In this document: positions 26,938-35,038 of the stretch, in pieces
How positions within the stretch are numbered: the first letter of the stretch is position 1
Layout: each line of letters starts with the position of its first letter
NCBI GenBank assembly: GCA_022711435.1
Contig: JAKLFB010000019.1
Location: 23,521-87,520 of the forward strand
DNA from: Verrucomicrobiota bacterium
GTDB lineage: Bacteria; Verrucomicrobiota; Verrucomicrobiia; Limisphaerales; UBA1319
Reading direction: 5' to 3'
Length of the DNA stretch: 64,000 bases
Notes under the pieces: generated by a model
Database searches by the model: none
What the model saw: the letters and a program-made list of their open reading frames with translations, nothing else
What the model was told of the DNA's origin: nothing
Made by a program: the position numbers and the translations under genes

Positions 26938-27551
26938 TCCCGGATGCACGGCGCCGCCATCCGCCGCTCATACGCCAGCGTGTGGATCTCCAGCCCTCTC
27001 GCTCGAAAATCCCGCTCGAAATCCGTCTCGACCGCCCGAAGCTCCGCCGGAGTCTCCACCGCCCGCAACAGCGCGCACTGCCCGCACACCTCCTGCGCCC
27101 ACGCCCAATAGCCCCGATCGTCCGTCCGAAAATACAGCCGCCCCCCTGCCCCCAGCGCATGCGCCGCCGCCGATATAAAGGATGGTTGGATCAATCGCCG
27201 ACGCCAGTGCCGCCGCTTGGGCCACGGGTCCGGAAAATAGATGTGCAATGCCTCCACCCCCCCCGCCGGCAACAGATACTCCACCAGATACGCCGCCTCA
27301 ATCCGCAGCAGACGCAGGTTCATCAACCCCATCCGCCGCCCCTTCCGGTCCAGCTTCCGCAACCGGCCCAGCAGGCGCTCCACCCCCAGAAAGCTCCGCT
27401 CCGGATGCCGCCCCGCATACTCCGCTAAAAAGCCCCCATCCCCGCTGCCCAGCTCGACCTCGATCCGCCCCTCCGCCTCGAACACCTCCGCCCAGCGCAG
27501 CCGATCCACGATCGAGCTCGGACGGTAAATCAACGTGGATCCAATGCTCAT
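26901..27551 (-). CDS. trmB: tRNA (guanine46-N7)-methyltransferase TrmB
   Basis: VELGSGDGGFLAEYA (SAM motif) and IYFPDPWPKRRHWRRRL. ATG 27551 is preferred over 27614. The 3' end overlaps the convergent gene by 37 nt. Confidence 0.85.
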   Translation of the reverse strand: MSIGSTLIYRPSSIVDRLRWAEVFEAEGRIEVELGSGDGGFLAEYAGRHPERSFLGVERLLGRLRKLDRKGRRMGLMNLRLLRIEAAYLVEYLLPAGGVEALHIYFPDPWPKRRHWRRRLIQPSFISAAAHALGAGGRLYFRTDDRGYWAWAQEVCGQCALLRAVETPAELRAVETDFERDFRARGLEIHTLAYERRMAAPCIRDQTSMMGPSGSW

Positions 27552-27588
27552 GAAATCCTGGTTTCTGGCGCCTCCCGGCCCCCCTCCA

Positions 27589-28788
27589 TCAAGCCCCCGT
27601 GCCGCGCCCATCAATCAGCGCCAGCGACGCCGTGTAGCCGTGCAGGTAGTTGCGCCCACCCACCGGCCCCACCTCGCCGTTGCCAAAAAATCCCACCAGC
27701 CCCGGCACACCCAGCCGCGTCTGGATCAGCAATGCATCGTGGTTCGGCTTGCGAAACAGGCCGGAGCCCCGCCCGCTGCAACTGCATAAACACCCTCCCC
27801 ACAGCTCCGCCCCCTCGAGTCTCTCCCCCGCCCGCGCCAGCACCGCCTCCAGATCCTCCGTCGCCGCCTCCGCATCCCGCCTCTGAAACTGCAGGGTCTG
27901 CCCCTGCCGCGGCCATGCACCCACCGCCACCACCCCCGACTTCGGATCCGCCCCCAGCACGTTCCGAATCAGAAAATCCCCCCGGCTGAACTCCTCCTGA
28001 TACTCATCCATCGCCAGCCCCAAAAACACCTGGCCCCGCGTCTTCTCCCGATCCTCCGGCGAGAGCCCGTTGAACGTCTCGACCAGAACCTCATACGCAC
28101 GCCGGTTCGCGATCTGGTGAATGAGGTTGCGCTCCGCCTTGGTGATCGTCCAGGTCTCGCCGATCGGAGTGCACCCTTGCGAGATCGCGCACTCGAGCCC
28201 GATCCCGCCCCCGAGCCCCACGGCAATCCCGCCCTCCTCCCGCACTTCCCCATCCAGATACACCTGCGTCCGCGCCTGCCGGGGATCCCCGCTGGCCAGG
28301 CCGCCAACCACTGCCCGGCCCGGAAATGACTCGTTCCACTGCTCCAGCCATGTCTCGCTGTCGAGGTGATAGGGATCCAGAAACACCAGCCATCCCCGGA
28401 TCGACTCCGGACCGATCCCCAGCTGCTCGCTCCATGCCGCCCCCTCTTCCGCCGATTCCACTTGCGACTGGCCAAAATGATAGGCTCGCACCTCCGCCCC
28501 CGGCCAGTGATACAGCCCCAACACCAGCCCAACTCCCTCTTCCCATTCCCGATCTCCCGCAATCAATCCCGCCCCCGAGCATCCCGCCAGCAGCGGGATC
28601 CGCCCGTGAAACCGCAAGATCTCCAGGATCGCCTCCGCCTTCTCGGCCAGCGCCGGCGCGATGAACACCAGCCCCAAGGTCACCCGAGGCGCCGCCAGTC
28701 GGCCCCGCAGCTCCGCAGCCCACGCCCCCAACGCGCCATCGTCCCATGGCCCCGCCCAATGCCCCGACACCGCATGCCTCTGCTCCAT
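27589..28788 (-). CDS. FIST-domain sensory protein
   Basis: Length and pattern fit FIST_N/FIST_C proteins: LGLVFIAP...LAGCSGAGLIAG, FLDPY, GGLASG, FGNGEVGPV. Confidence 0.65.
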   Translation of the reverse strand: MEQRHAVSGHWAGPWDDGALGAWAAELRGRLAAPRVTLGLVFIAPALAEKAEAILEILRFHGRIPLLAGCSGAGLIAGDREWEEGVGLVLGLYHWPGAEVRAYHFGQSQVESAEEGAAWSEQLGIGPESIRGWLVFLDPYHLDSETWLEQWNESFPGRAVVGGLASGDPRQARTQVYLDGEVREEGGIAVGLGGGIGLECAISQGCTPIGETWTITKAERNLIHQIANRRAYEVLVETFNGLSPEDREKTRGQVFLGLAMDEYQEEFSRGDFLIRNVLGADPKSGVVAVGAWPRQGQTLQFQRRDAEAATEDLEAVLARAGERLEGAELWGGCLCSCSGRGSGLFRKPNHDALLIQTRLGVPGLVGFFGNGEVGPVGGRNYLHGYTASLALIDGRGTGA

Positions 28789-28797
28789 GCCCCCAAA

Positions 28798-29568
28798 TTA
28801 CCGGGAATTCGTCCCCTGGCAAACCTGAAGCGGATGCGGATGCGCATGGAAAAGGCTGTGCGGCTTCTCCAGACCGTGCGCCAGCATCAAGGCTTCGTCG
28901 CCCAGTATCTCTCGCGTCTCCCCCTGCGCGATCACCTGCCCGCCGTCCATCACCAGGACCCGCTCGCACAGCGCCAGGATCATCTCCAGGTCATGGCTGG
29001 CCAGCAGCTTCGTCGCCGACAGCGAACGGCACAGATCGATGAACTCGCGCCGGCCCCGCGGATCGAAATTGGCCGTCGGCTCGTCAAACAACAACACCCC
29101 CGGCTGGCACGCCCATACCCCAGCCAGGCAGACCCGCTTCTTCTCCCCCAGGCTGAGATGATGCGGCGCCCGCCCCTCGAATCCGGGCAGCTTCACCGCC
29201 GCCATCGCCTCACTCACCCGCCGCCGCACTTCCTCCGCCCCCAGCCCAAGCTGCATCGGCCCAAATGCGACATCCTCTCCCACGCTCGCCGAAAACAGCT
29301 GGTCATCCGGATCCTGAAACAGCAGGCCCACCCGCCGCCGGATCTCATACAAATTCGCCCGGCTCAGCTCGAGGCCGCCCACGCGCACCCGCCCCCTCTG
29401 CGGCGGGCAGGCCAGCAGCCCGTTCAGATTCAGAAGCAGCGTCGATTTCCCCGCGCCGTTCGGGCCCACCAGCCCCACGGTCTCGCCCTCCATCACCCGA
29501 AACGTCACCCCCTCCAATGCCTGCCGGCCATCCGGGTAGCTGTACGATAGTTGCTCGACTTCAATCAC
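28798..29568 (-). CDS. ABC transporter ATP-binding protein, ECF/CbiO-like
   Basis: Walker A GPNGAGKSTLL, Q-loop FQDPDDQLF, signature LSLGEKKR, Walker B LLFDEPTANFD and H-loop ASHDL. No permease or S/T component is adjacent. Confidence 0.85.
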   Translation of the reverse strand: MIEVEQLSYSYPDGRQALEGVTFRVMEGETVGLVGPNGAGKSTLLLNLNGLLACPPQRGRVRVGGLELSRANLYEIRRRVGLLFQDPDDQLFSASVGEDVAFGPMQLGLGAEEVRRRVSEAMAAVKLPGFEGRAPHHLSLGEKKRVCLAGVWACQPGVLLFDEPTANFDPRGRREFIDLCRSLSATKLLASHDLEMILALCERVLVMDGGQVIAQGETREILGDEALMLAHGLEKPHSLFHAHPHPLQVCQGTNSR

Positions 29569-31940
29569 AGTTCGCCGGGAATCTTAAAGCTGCCCGGCGG
29601 CTCTCGCCAGCCCGAATTCGGACGCTGCCGCTTCAACCACTCGACCAGCTGGTCCGCCAGCGCAGGCGACCACCCCGCCCATTCGTTCACGCTCCACCAC
29701 TCCAGCCTCTCCGGCACGCCCTGCAGCCGATACACGGCCCGCGCCGCTTCCACATACTCCGCCGCGCGTCCGGTCTGGCCCGTCGGATCCCACCCGGGCT
29801 CCGCCACCAGCGCCGCCCGCGGCGCAATCAGCGCCAGCAACTCATGATAGTCGTACGGCACATGGCGCTCCTCTCCGATAAACGCCGCCAACCGCGGCTG
29901 CCATGGCACCCACTGCGACCAGCGCGCCAGACCGCCCCCAGCCTCATCCCCTCCCGACATCTGCATCGGCATCACGCCCCCCACGCTGATCATCCCCGCC
30001 ACCCGGTCGTCCAGCGCCGCCGCATGCATCCCCGCCATCGCGCCCGTCCCCGCTCCCAGCAGGTAGATCCGGCGCGGATCCACATATTCCAGGCCGCTCA
30101 GCAGCCCGATAGCCTCCCGAATGTCTTCCACGGTCCGGCCGAGCCACGACCAGCGCGGATATCGCTGGTAGAATCTCGCCCCTTCCTCCATCCGCCGCCC
30201 CTGCCCGATCTGATCGAACGCCAGCACCGCAAATCCCGACCGCGCCAGCTTCACGAACACGGGCTCCTCGCGCACGACGCCCATTGCATACCCGTTGGCG
30301 GGCGAATAACCGTGCAGCCAGATCACCGCCGGCATCCGATCGCTGCCCTCCGCCGCTGCCGAGGGCACATACAGGTCCCCCGCCACCCCCGATCCAAAGG
30401 TCCCGCCCCGCTTCACCACCTCCCGAGGACCGCTCCCCCGCCCCAGCAGCGCCGCCTCATGCTCCGCCTCGATCCCCAACACCCCCGCCTTCCCGTCCAA
30501 TATCGCCGGCGCCTCCCCCATCCCCCACAGAATCCGCCCCCGGATTTCTTCCCGTTTGGCATGCCATTGATCCGTGCTGAGGATCGCGTTGCCCCCCGCG
30601 CTCGTCAGGAGCCCCGCCAATCCACCCGGCGGAAACCGGTCCGCCGCGATCTCCTCGTTCGCCAAACGCCGCCAATCGAGATACGTCGGATACACCCGGC
30701 GGCGATCCTCCGGCCATGCCCGCCGCCCCTCGACCGTCTCCAGCCAGTCCAGCGCGCGCTCCATCTCCTCCCGCCGCAGCTCGCGCCCCCCCTCGCGCAC
30801 GCGCAGCGCCAGGCCCTCCCCCGCCCCCAGCATGCCGTAGACGCGCTGCGCCGCATCCACGCTCCGCTCGCCGGCCCAGACGCTCTCACAAGGATCGTGC
30901 CGGGCGATGCTCACCAGGCATGGCCGCGGCGCCACCAGCGCCAGCAACATGTGCTGGTCGAACGGCAGCCAGGACTCGCGTCCAGCAAAAAAACGCAGCC
31001 GCGGATGCAGCCACCCCGGGAGCAGCCGCGTCACCCGCTCGATCCCCTCCCCGGAATACCGCTCGCTTGTCAGCCGCCAACCGCAAATGCCTCCCGGCCC
31101 CGCGCTGCTCGCCACCACCGCCGACACCCGCATATCCCACGCCCCCGCCGCCAGCGCCACCGCCCCGTCCCGATCATGGCCCGCCACCACCACCCGCCGC
31201 CGATCCGCACTGCTCGATGTCCACAGATAATCGATCGCCCGCCCCACGCACCACACCCTCCATCCCAGCTCGCTCCAATCACCCCCAACCAGCGCCCCCC
31301 CGCTCCTCCCCGATCCCTCGCCCACCGCCCTCTCCGACCAGATGCAACCCATCCATCCGCGCGACAGTGCGACTGTCGCCCATGCCCGCTGCTCCGCCGA
31401 CACCACGAATACAGGAAACGGCCCCGTCCCCAGCGGCATCCGCAGCTCGATCTCCAGTTGCGCCGCGCGCTCCCCGCCCACCACCCAGCGAAGCGTCTCC
31501 GAACGCAGGCGGCCCTCCGCTCGCCGAACCAGATTCGTCGCCATCCCATTGGTCGGCGGCCCCGGCAGCGCGCCCAGCAGATACCGGCTCAGCATCGCCG
31601 CCAGCTCCCGCCGCCGCATCGGCCATTGGCTCGCCCCTCCCACCGGACGCCCGTCCTGGAATTGCAGCAGCTCCGGCAGATATGCGCTGCATGGCATCCG
31701 GCTGAAATCCGGAGGCAGCTCGCCCCGTTCATGCAGCCATTTCTCCCATGGCTCGCTGTGCGGCAGAACACGGCGCAGATCCTCGAGCGCGGCCTGCCGG
31801 CGAACGATCGCCCCCTCGACCTCCTCGACGCTCGCCCCCGCACATCCCGCCAGCCATGCCCACCCCACACCCATTGCCAATCCCACCATCCCCGCCAGCC
31901 GCATGCATTCCCGCCTCATGTCGCTCCGAATATTTGTCAT
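29565..31940 (-). CDS. Lipoprotein with two tandem alpha/beta-hydrolase (esterase-like) domains
   Basis: Lipobox WAWLAGC. The first half resembles glucuronoyl/acetyl-xylan esterase-type folds (GPFPVFVV, RAIDYL, VVVAGHDRDGAVALAAGAWDMR). The second half is a dienelactone-hydrolase-like fold (PAVIWLHGY, AFDQIGQG, IYLLGAGTGAMAG). Its stop overlaps the ABC ATPase start by 4 nt. Confidence 0.55.
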   Translation of the reverse strand: MTNIRSDMRRECMRLAGMVGLAMGVGWAWLAGCAGASVEEVEGAIVRRQAALEDLRRVLPHSEPWEKWLHERGELPPDFSRMPCSAYLPELLQFQDGRPVGGASQWPMRRRELAAMLSRYLLGALPGPPTNGMATNLVRRAEGRLRSETLRWVVGGERAAQLEIELRMPLGTGPFPVFVVSAEQRAWATVALSRGWMGCIWSERAVGEGSGRSGGALVGGDWSELGWRVWCVGRAIDYLWTSSSADRRRVVVAGHDRDGAVALAAGAWDMRVSAVVASSAGPGGICGWRLTSERYSGEGIERVTRLLPGWLHPRLRFFAGRESWLPFDQHMLLALVAPRPCLVSIARHDPCESVWAGERSVDAAQRVYGMLGAGEGLALRVREGGRELRREEMERALDWLETVEGRRAWPEDRRRVYPTYLDWRRLANEEIAADRFPPGGLAGLLTSAGGNAILSTDQWHAKREEIRGRILWGMGEAPAILDGKAGVLGIEAEHEAALLGRGSGPREVVKRGGTFGSGVAGDLYVPSAAAEGSDRMPAVIWLHGYSPANGYAMGVVREEPVFVKLARSGFAVLAFDQIGQGRRMEEGARFYQRYPRWSWLGRTVEDIREAIGLLSGLEYVDPRRIYLLGAGTGAMAGMHAAALDDRVAGMISVGGVMPMQMSGGDEAGGGLARWSQWVPWQPRLAAFIGEERHVPYDYHELLALIAPRAALVAEPGWDPTGQTGRAAEYVEAARAVYRLQGVPERLEWWSVNEWAGWSPALADQLVEWLKRQRPNSGWREPPGSFKIPGEL

Positions 31941-32104
31941 GACTCAGGCAAAAAGGTTGAGCCTGCCGCCTCCCCCAGGCAACCTCAAAGACCGTCCTCC
32001 TCCGGCTGGAACCGCCCCGCATGCCGCTCCCCGGAACCCCGTCAGCTCGGGAAAAAGGTTGCGCGCGCGCCATTCCAGGGGCATCCTATTTCCGTCATTC
32101 AGGC

Positions 32105-32193
32105 GGAGAGATGGCTGAGTGGTTTAAAGCACACGCCTGGAGAGCGTGCGTGCCTAAAAAGCACCGGGAGTTCGAATCTCCCTCTCTCCGCCA
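32105..32193 (+). tRNA. tRNA-Ser (anticodon GGA), class II with long variable arm, CCA encoded
   Basis: Acceptor GGAGAGA/TCTCTCC. Anticodon stem CACGC/GCGTG with loop CTGGAGA. Variable arm CGTGCCTAAAAAGCACC. T arm GGGAG-TTCGAAT-CTCCC. Discriminator G followed by CCA. Confidence 0.9.
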
Positions 32194-32421
32194 TTCCCAG
32201 ACCTGCCCCCCGTAGCTGCCGACGCACCAACTCACCGCCCTCCCTCCTCCGTCGTCCGCCACCTGCCACCTGAAACGTGACACCTGGCACCAACCAACAA
32301 CCACAAACCACCATCCCTCTCGCCACGAAGAAAAATGCCAAGAATTTTGCGTGGATTCACGGGGACACTACGTCGGAATAACGAGAATCGGGTTGACCGA
32401 TTGGCGGACGGCATTCATCGT

Positions 32422-32727
32422 ATGGATATGAGCGCGGAAACCGTTGTTGAGATCGGATCCTTGATTACGCGCACGCCGGGATTGAAGGGGGGGCGGCCGT
32501 GCGTCGCCGGCACGGGTGTGACGGTCAAGCGAATTGTCGGCTGGCATCGGATGGGCAAAGACCCCGAGGAAATCGCTGCCCAGTTTGGACATCTCAATCT
32601 TGCACAGGTTCATGCGGCCCTCGCCTGGTATTATGCCAACCGCGAGGAAATTGACTCCGATCTGAACATCGAGACGCGAGATTACGAGCGCTTGGCCCAG
32701 GAAGCGGAGGCAGAAAAACGGCCTTGA
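32422..32727 (+). CDS. DUF433-family protein (putative antitoxin)
   Basis: GGRPCVAGTGVTVKRIVGW...GKDPEEIAAQFGHLNLAQVHAALAWYYANREEID matches the DUF433 pattern. ATG 32422 inside ORF 32335..32727. Confidence 0.75.
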   Translation: MDMSAETVVEIGSLITRTPGLKGGRPCVAGTGVTVKRIVGWHRMGKDPEEIAAQFGHLNLAQVHAALAWYYANREEIDSDLNIETRDYERLAQEAEAEKRP

Positions 32728-33107
32728 GCGCTATCCACCTCTATTTCGACGAGGATGCCACCCAACACGGTCTGATTGCCGCACTTCGGTTGCGGGGCGT
32801 CGATGTTGTGTCTGCCCTGGAATGCGGCTTGGTTGCCGCTCCGGACGAAATCCAACTGCAGTGGTGCCATTCGCAATCGCGCGCCATTTACACTTTCAAT
32901 GTGGGTGACTTCATTTCGCTGCACGCGGACTACGTGAAGGCCGGGCATGCGCACTCTGGGATCATTTTAGCCCCGCAGCAAAGATACACAATTGGCGGCC
33001 AGATGCGACGCCTGCTTAAACTGCTGGCAACGTGGACCGCGGAAGATATCCGCTGGCAAACCATATTTCTAAGCAACATCAAACTCGAATCGACCGATCG
33101 AGATTAA
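32724..33107 (+). CDS. DUF5615-family PIN-like protein (putative toxin)
   Basis: The TTG start overlaps the upstream stop (TTGA). IHLYFDEDATQHGLIAALRLRGVDVVSALECGL..PDEIQLQWCHSQSRAIYTFNVGDF matches the Mut7-C/DUF5615 pattern. Confidence 0.7.
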   Translation: MSAIHLYFDEDATQHGLIAALRLRGVDVVSALECGLVAAPDEIQLQWCHSQSRAIYTFNVGDFISLHADYVKAGHAHSGIILAPQQRYTIGGQMRRLLKLLATWTAEDIRWQTIFLSNIKLESTDRD

Positions 33108-33150
33108 CTCTTCTCAACACGAAGTTCTGAAAGCACACGAAACACTCATT

Positions 33151-33222
33151 TTGAATCTGGAACGTAGGAAATCAGGAAACCCTTTTCCGGGAAGTTCCTG
33201 AGTTCGGGATTTCCAGATTCAA
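33151..33222. repeat. Perfect 12-bp inverted repeat TTGAATCTGGAA / TTCCAGATTCAA enclosing 48 nt with further internal pairing
   Basis: Read directly from the sequence: 33151..33162 is the reverse complement of 33211..33222. Inner GGAAATC/GATTTCC also pair. Lies in a low-G+C spacer. Confidence 0.6.
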
Positions 33223-33315
33223 GTTTCTTTCTCTCACAGACACAGAGAATTCCTGCGATAGCGAAAATCTGCGGGTACAACCCCTTCGTGCACTTCGCTC
33301 GGTGGTGAGAAAATA

Positions 33316-33440
33316 CCGCAGCTTGAAGGCTGCGGCTACGCCAGCAAGGGAATGCAAGTGTCGGCTGGCAAGCGGACGCGTCAGTGACGCGTCCCTACCT
33401 CCCTCCCCCCGCAAGGCACGAGCGGGGGGAGAGGGAGAGG
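33316..33440. terminator. Cluster of three GC-rich hairpins/palindromes between convergent gene ends
   Basis: CCGCAGC-ttgaag-GCTGCGG (33316..33335). GGACGCGTCA-g-TGACGCGTCC (33374..33394). CTCCCCCCGC...GCGGGGGGAG core (within 33399..33440). Located just downstream of the stop of the minus-strand gene ending at 33469. Confidence 0.4.
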
Positions 33441-33468
33441 GGCACGTGCGGCCTCGATCCGGCGCGCC

Positions 33469-34779
33469 TCAAACAAACGGCGTCTTCCCGGGCATTGCCA
33501 CCGGCGGCGTCGGCAGCTTCCCGTTCCAATCCAAAGCCGGAGCCAGATTCTCTTTCGAGTTCAGCGCCTGCTCCCAGGTAATCGTCTGGCCCGTGTAAGC
33601 TGCCATCCGGCCCATGATCGCCATCAGCGTCGTGTTGGTCATCCAGGTCCCGTCATTCATCGGACGCCCAGCCCGAATCGACGCGAACAGCTCGTTGTGC
33701 TCGACCTGGTACATGTCCGGACGCGGCCCCTCATACCGCCAGTTCTTCTCTCCCTTGATCTCGGGCGGACCCCGGAATCCCAGAACTCGAGCCACGCCCC
33801 GCGCCCCCAGGATCGTGTCGCTGTTGTCGTTCGAGCAGTTGTCCTGCTGGCGGCAGAACAGGAATCCCTTCGCGCCGCTCGCCCATTCGTAGACCACCGC
33901 GAAATGATCGTAGATGTGGCCGAAATCCGGCTCGACGCGCACCTGCCGCCCGCCGTGCGCCGTCGCTCGCGCCGGCGGCTCGTCCTTCATCGCCCAGATC
34001 ATCTTGTCGATGCTGTGCACCGCCTGCTCGACCAGGTGATCGCCTGACAGCCAGGTATAGTAATACCAGTTGCGCACTTGATACTCGAGATCGGTCCATC
34101 CCGGCTGCCGCGGCCGGCTCCACAGCGTCCCCGTGTTATACGTCGAATACACCGTCCGCACCTCGCCCACCGCCCCGTCGTGCACCTGCTGGAATCCCGC
34201 CCGCTCAGCCAGGTTGTATCGCCAGCAGAACCCTGACACCAGCGACAGCCGCCGGCGCCGGGCCTCCTCGGCCGCCGCTTGCACCGCCCGCACCCCGGGC
34301 GCGTCCGTCGCCATCGGTTTCTCGGTGAAGATGTGCTTGCCCGCCGCCACCGCCGCCTTTAGATGCTCCGGACGAAACCCCGGCGGCGACGCCAGCAATA
34401 CCACGTCCACCCCGCTGTCGATCACCTTCCGATACGCATCCAGCCCCACGAAACAGTGATCCGGCTGGACCCGCACCCGCGCGCCCACCTTCGCGTTCTT
34501 CCCCAGGTTCTTCAGACAGCCATCGATTCGGTCCTTGAACGCATCCCCCAAAGCGGTCAGCACCACGTTCTCGTCGGCCATCAGGGCGTTGAGCGCCGCC
34601 CCCGATCCGCGCCCGCCGCATCCGACCAATCCCACTTTCAACGTGTCGCTGTTCGCAGCCCATGTCGCGCTCGGACGGATCAGCGGCGCGGCCACGACTG
34701 CCCCCAATGCCGCCGCACCCGACGTGGCGACAAATTGGCGGCGCGATAACAAACCGGTGTTGGCTTTCGTTGTTTTCAT
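33469..34779 (-). CDS. Tat-signal Gfo/Idh/MocA family oxidoreductase
   Basis: ATG 34779 gives MKTTKANTGLLSRRQFVATSGAAALGAVVAAPL (twin-arginine signal). Rossmann motif LKVGLVGCGGRGSG. GH109-like architecture. Confidence 0.8.
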   Translation of the reverse strand: MKTTKANTGLLSRRQFVATSGAAALGAVVAAPLIRPSATWAANSDTLKVGLVGCGGRGSGAALNALMADENVVLTALGDAFKDRIDGCLKNLGKNAKVGARVRVQPDHCFVGLDAYRKVIDSGVDVVLLASPPGFRPEHLKAAVAAGKHIFTEKPMATDAPGVRAVQAAAEEARRRRLSLVSGFCWRYNLAERAGFQQVHDGAVGEVRTVYSTYNTGTLWSRPRQPGWTDLEYQVRNWYYYTWLSGDHLVEQAVHSIDKMIWAMKDEPPARATAHGGRQVRVEPDFGHIYDHFAVVYEWASGAKGFLFCRQQDNCSNDNSDTILGARGVARVLGFRGPPEIKGEKNWRYEGPRPDMYQVEHNELFASIRAGRPMNDGTWMTNTTLMAIMGRMAAYTGQTITWEQALNSKENLAPALDWNGKLPTPPVAMPGKTPFV

Positions 34780-35038
34780 GAATTCAATGGTTTTCCAGTG
34801 CCCCACCGTTACCCATCCCGCGCCCCAACGTCAAGAAATTGGCGCAGAGAATCCAGCTGCGTTCCCGATCAATGGCATCATTGACGTTTGACGAAAGGGC
34901 GGTTTGCAGCGTAGTTTGGACTCTGTAACACAGGGCGTGTGTGGAGCTTGTCTCGATCTTGCTGGAGGGGATTTTGGCTTGCTGACAGACCGCATGCGAC
35001 GAGCATGCTGATTGTAATCCGCAGTAGATGAGGCATTT

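Noticed and set aside
29265-32273. 1002-aa plus-strand ORF
   Set aside because: Its translation is Arg/Pro/His-rich. It is antisense to the esterase-like lipoprotein and even runs through the tRNA-Ser gene, so it is a shadow ORF.
32105-33470. Direct repeat of the tRNA-Ser 3' end (att site) bounding the toxin-antitoxin islet
   Set aside because: I looked for GTTCGAATCTCCC-like sequence downstream. Only a 7-nt TCGAATC match near 33086 was found, which is not significant.
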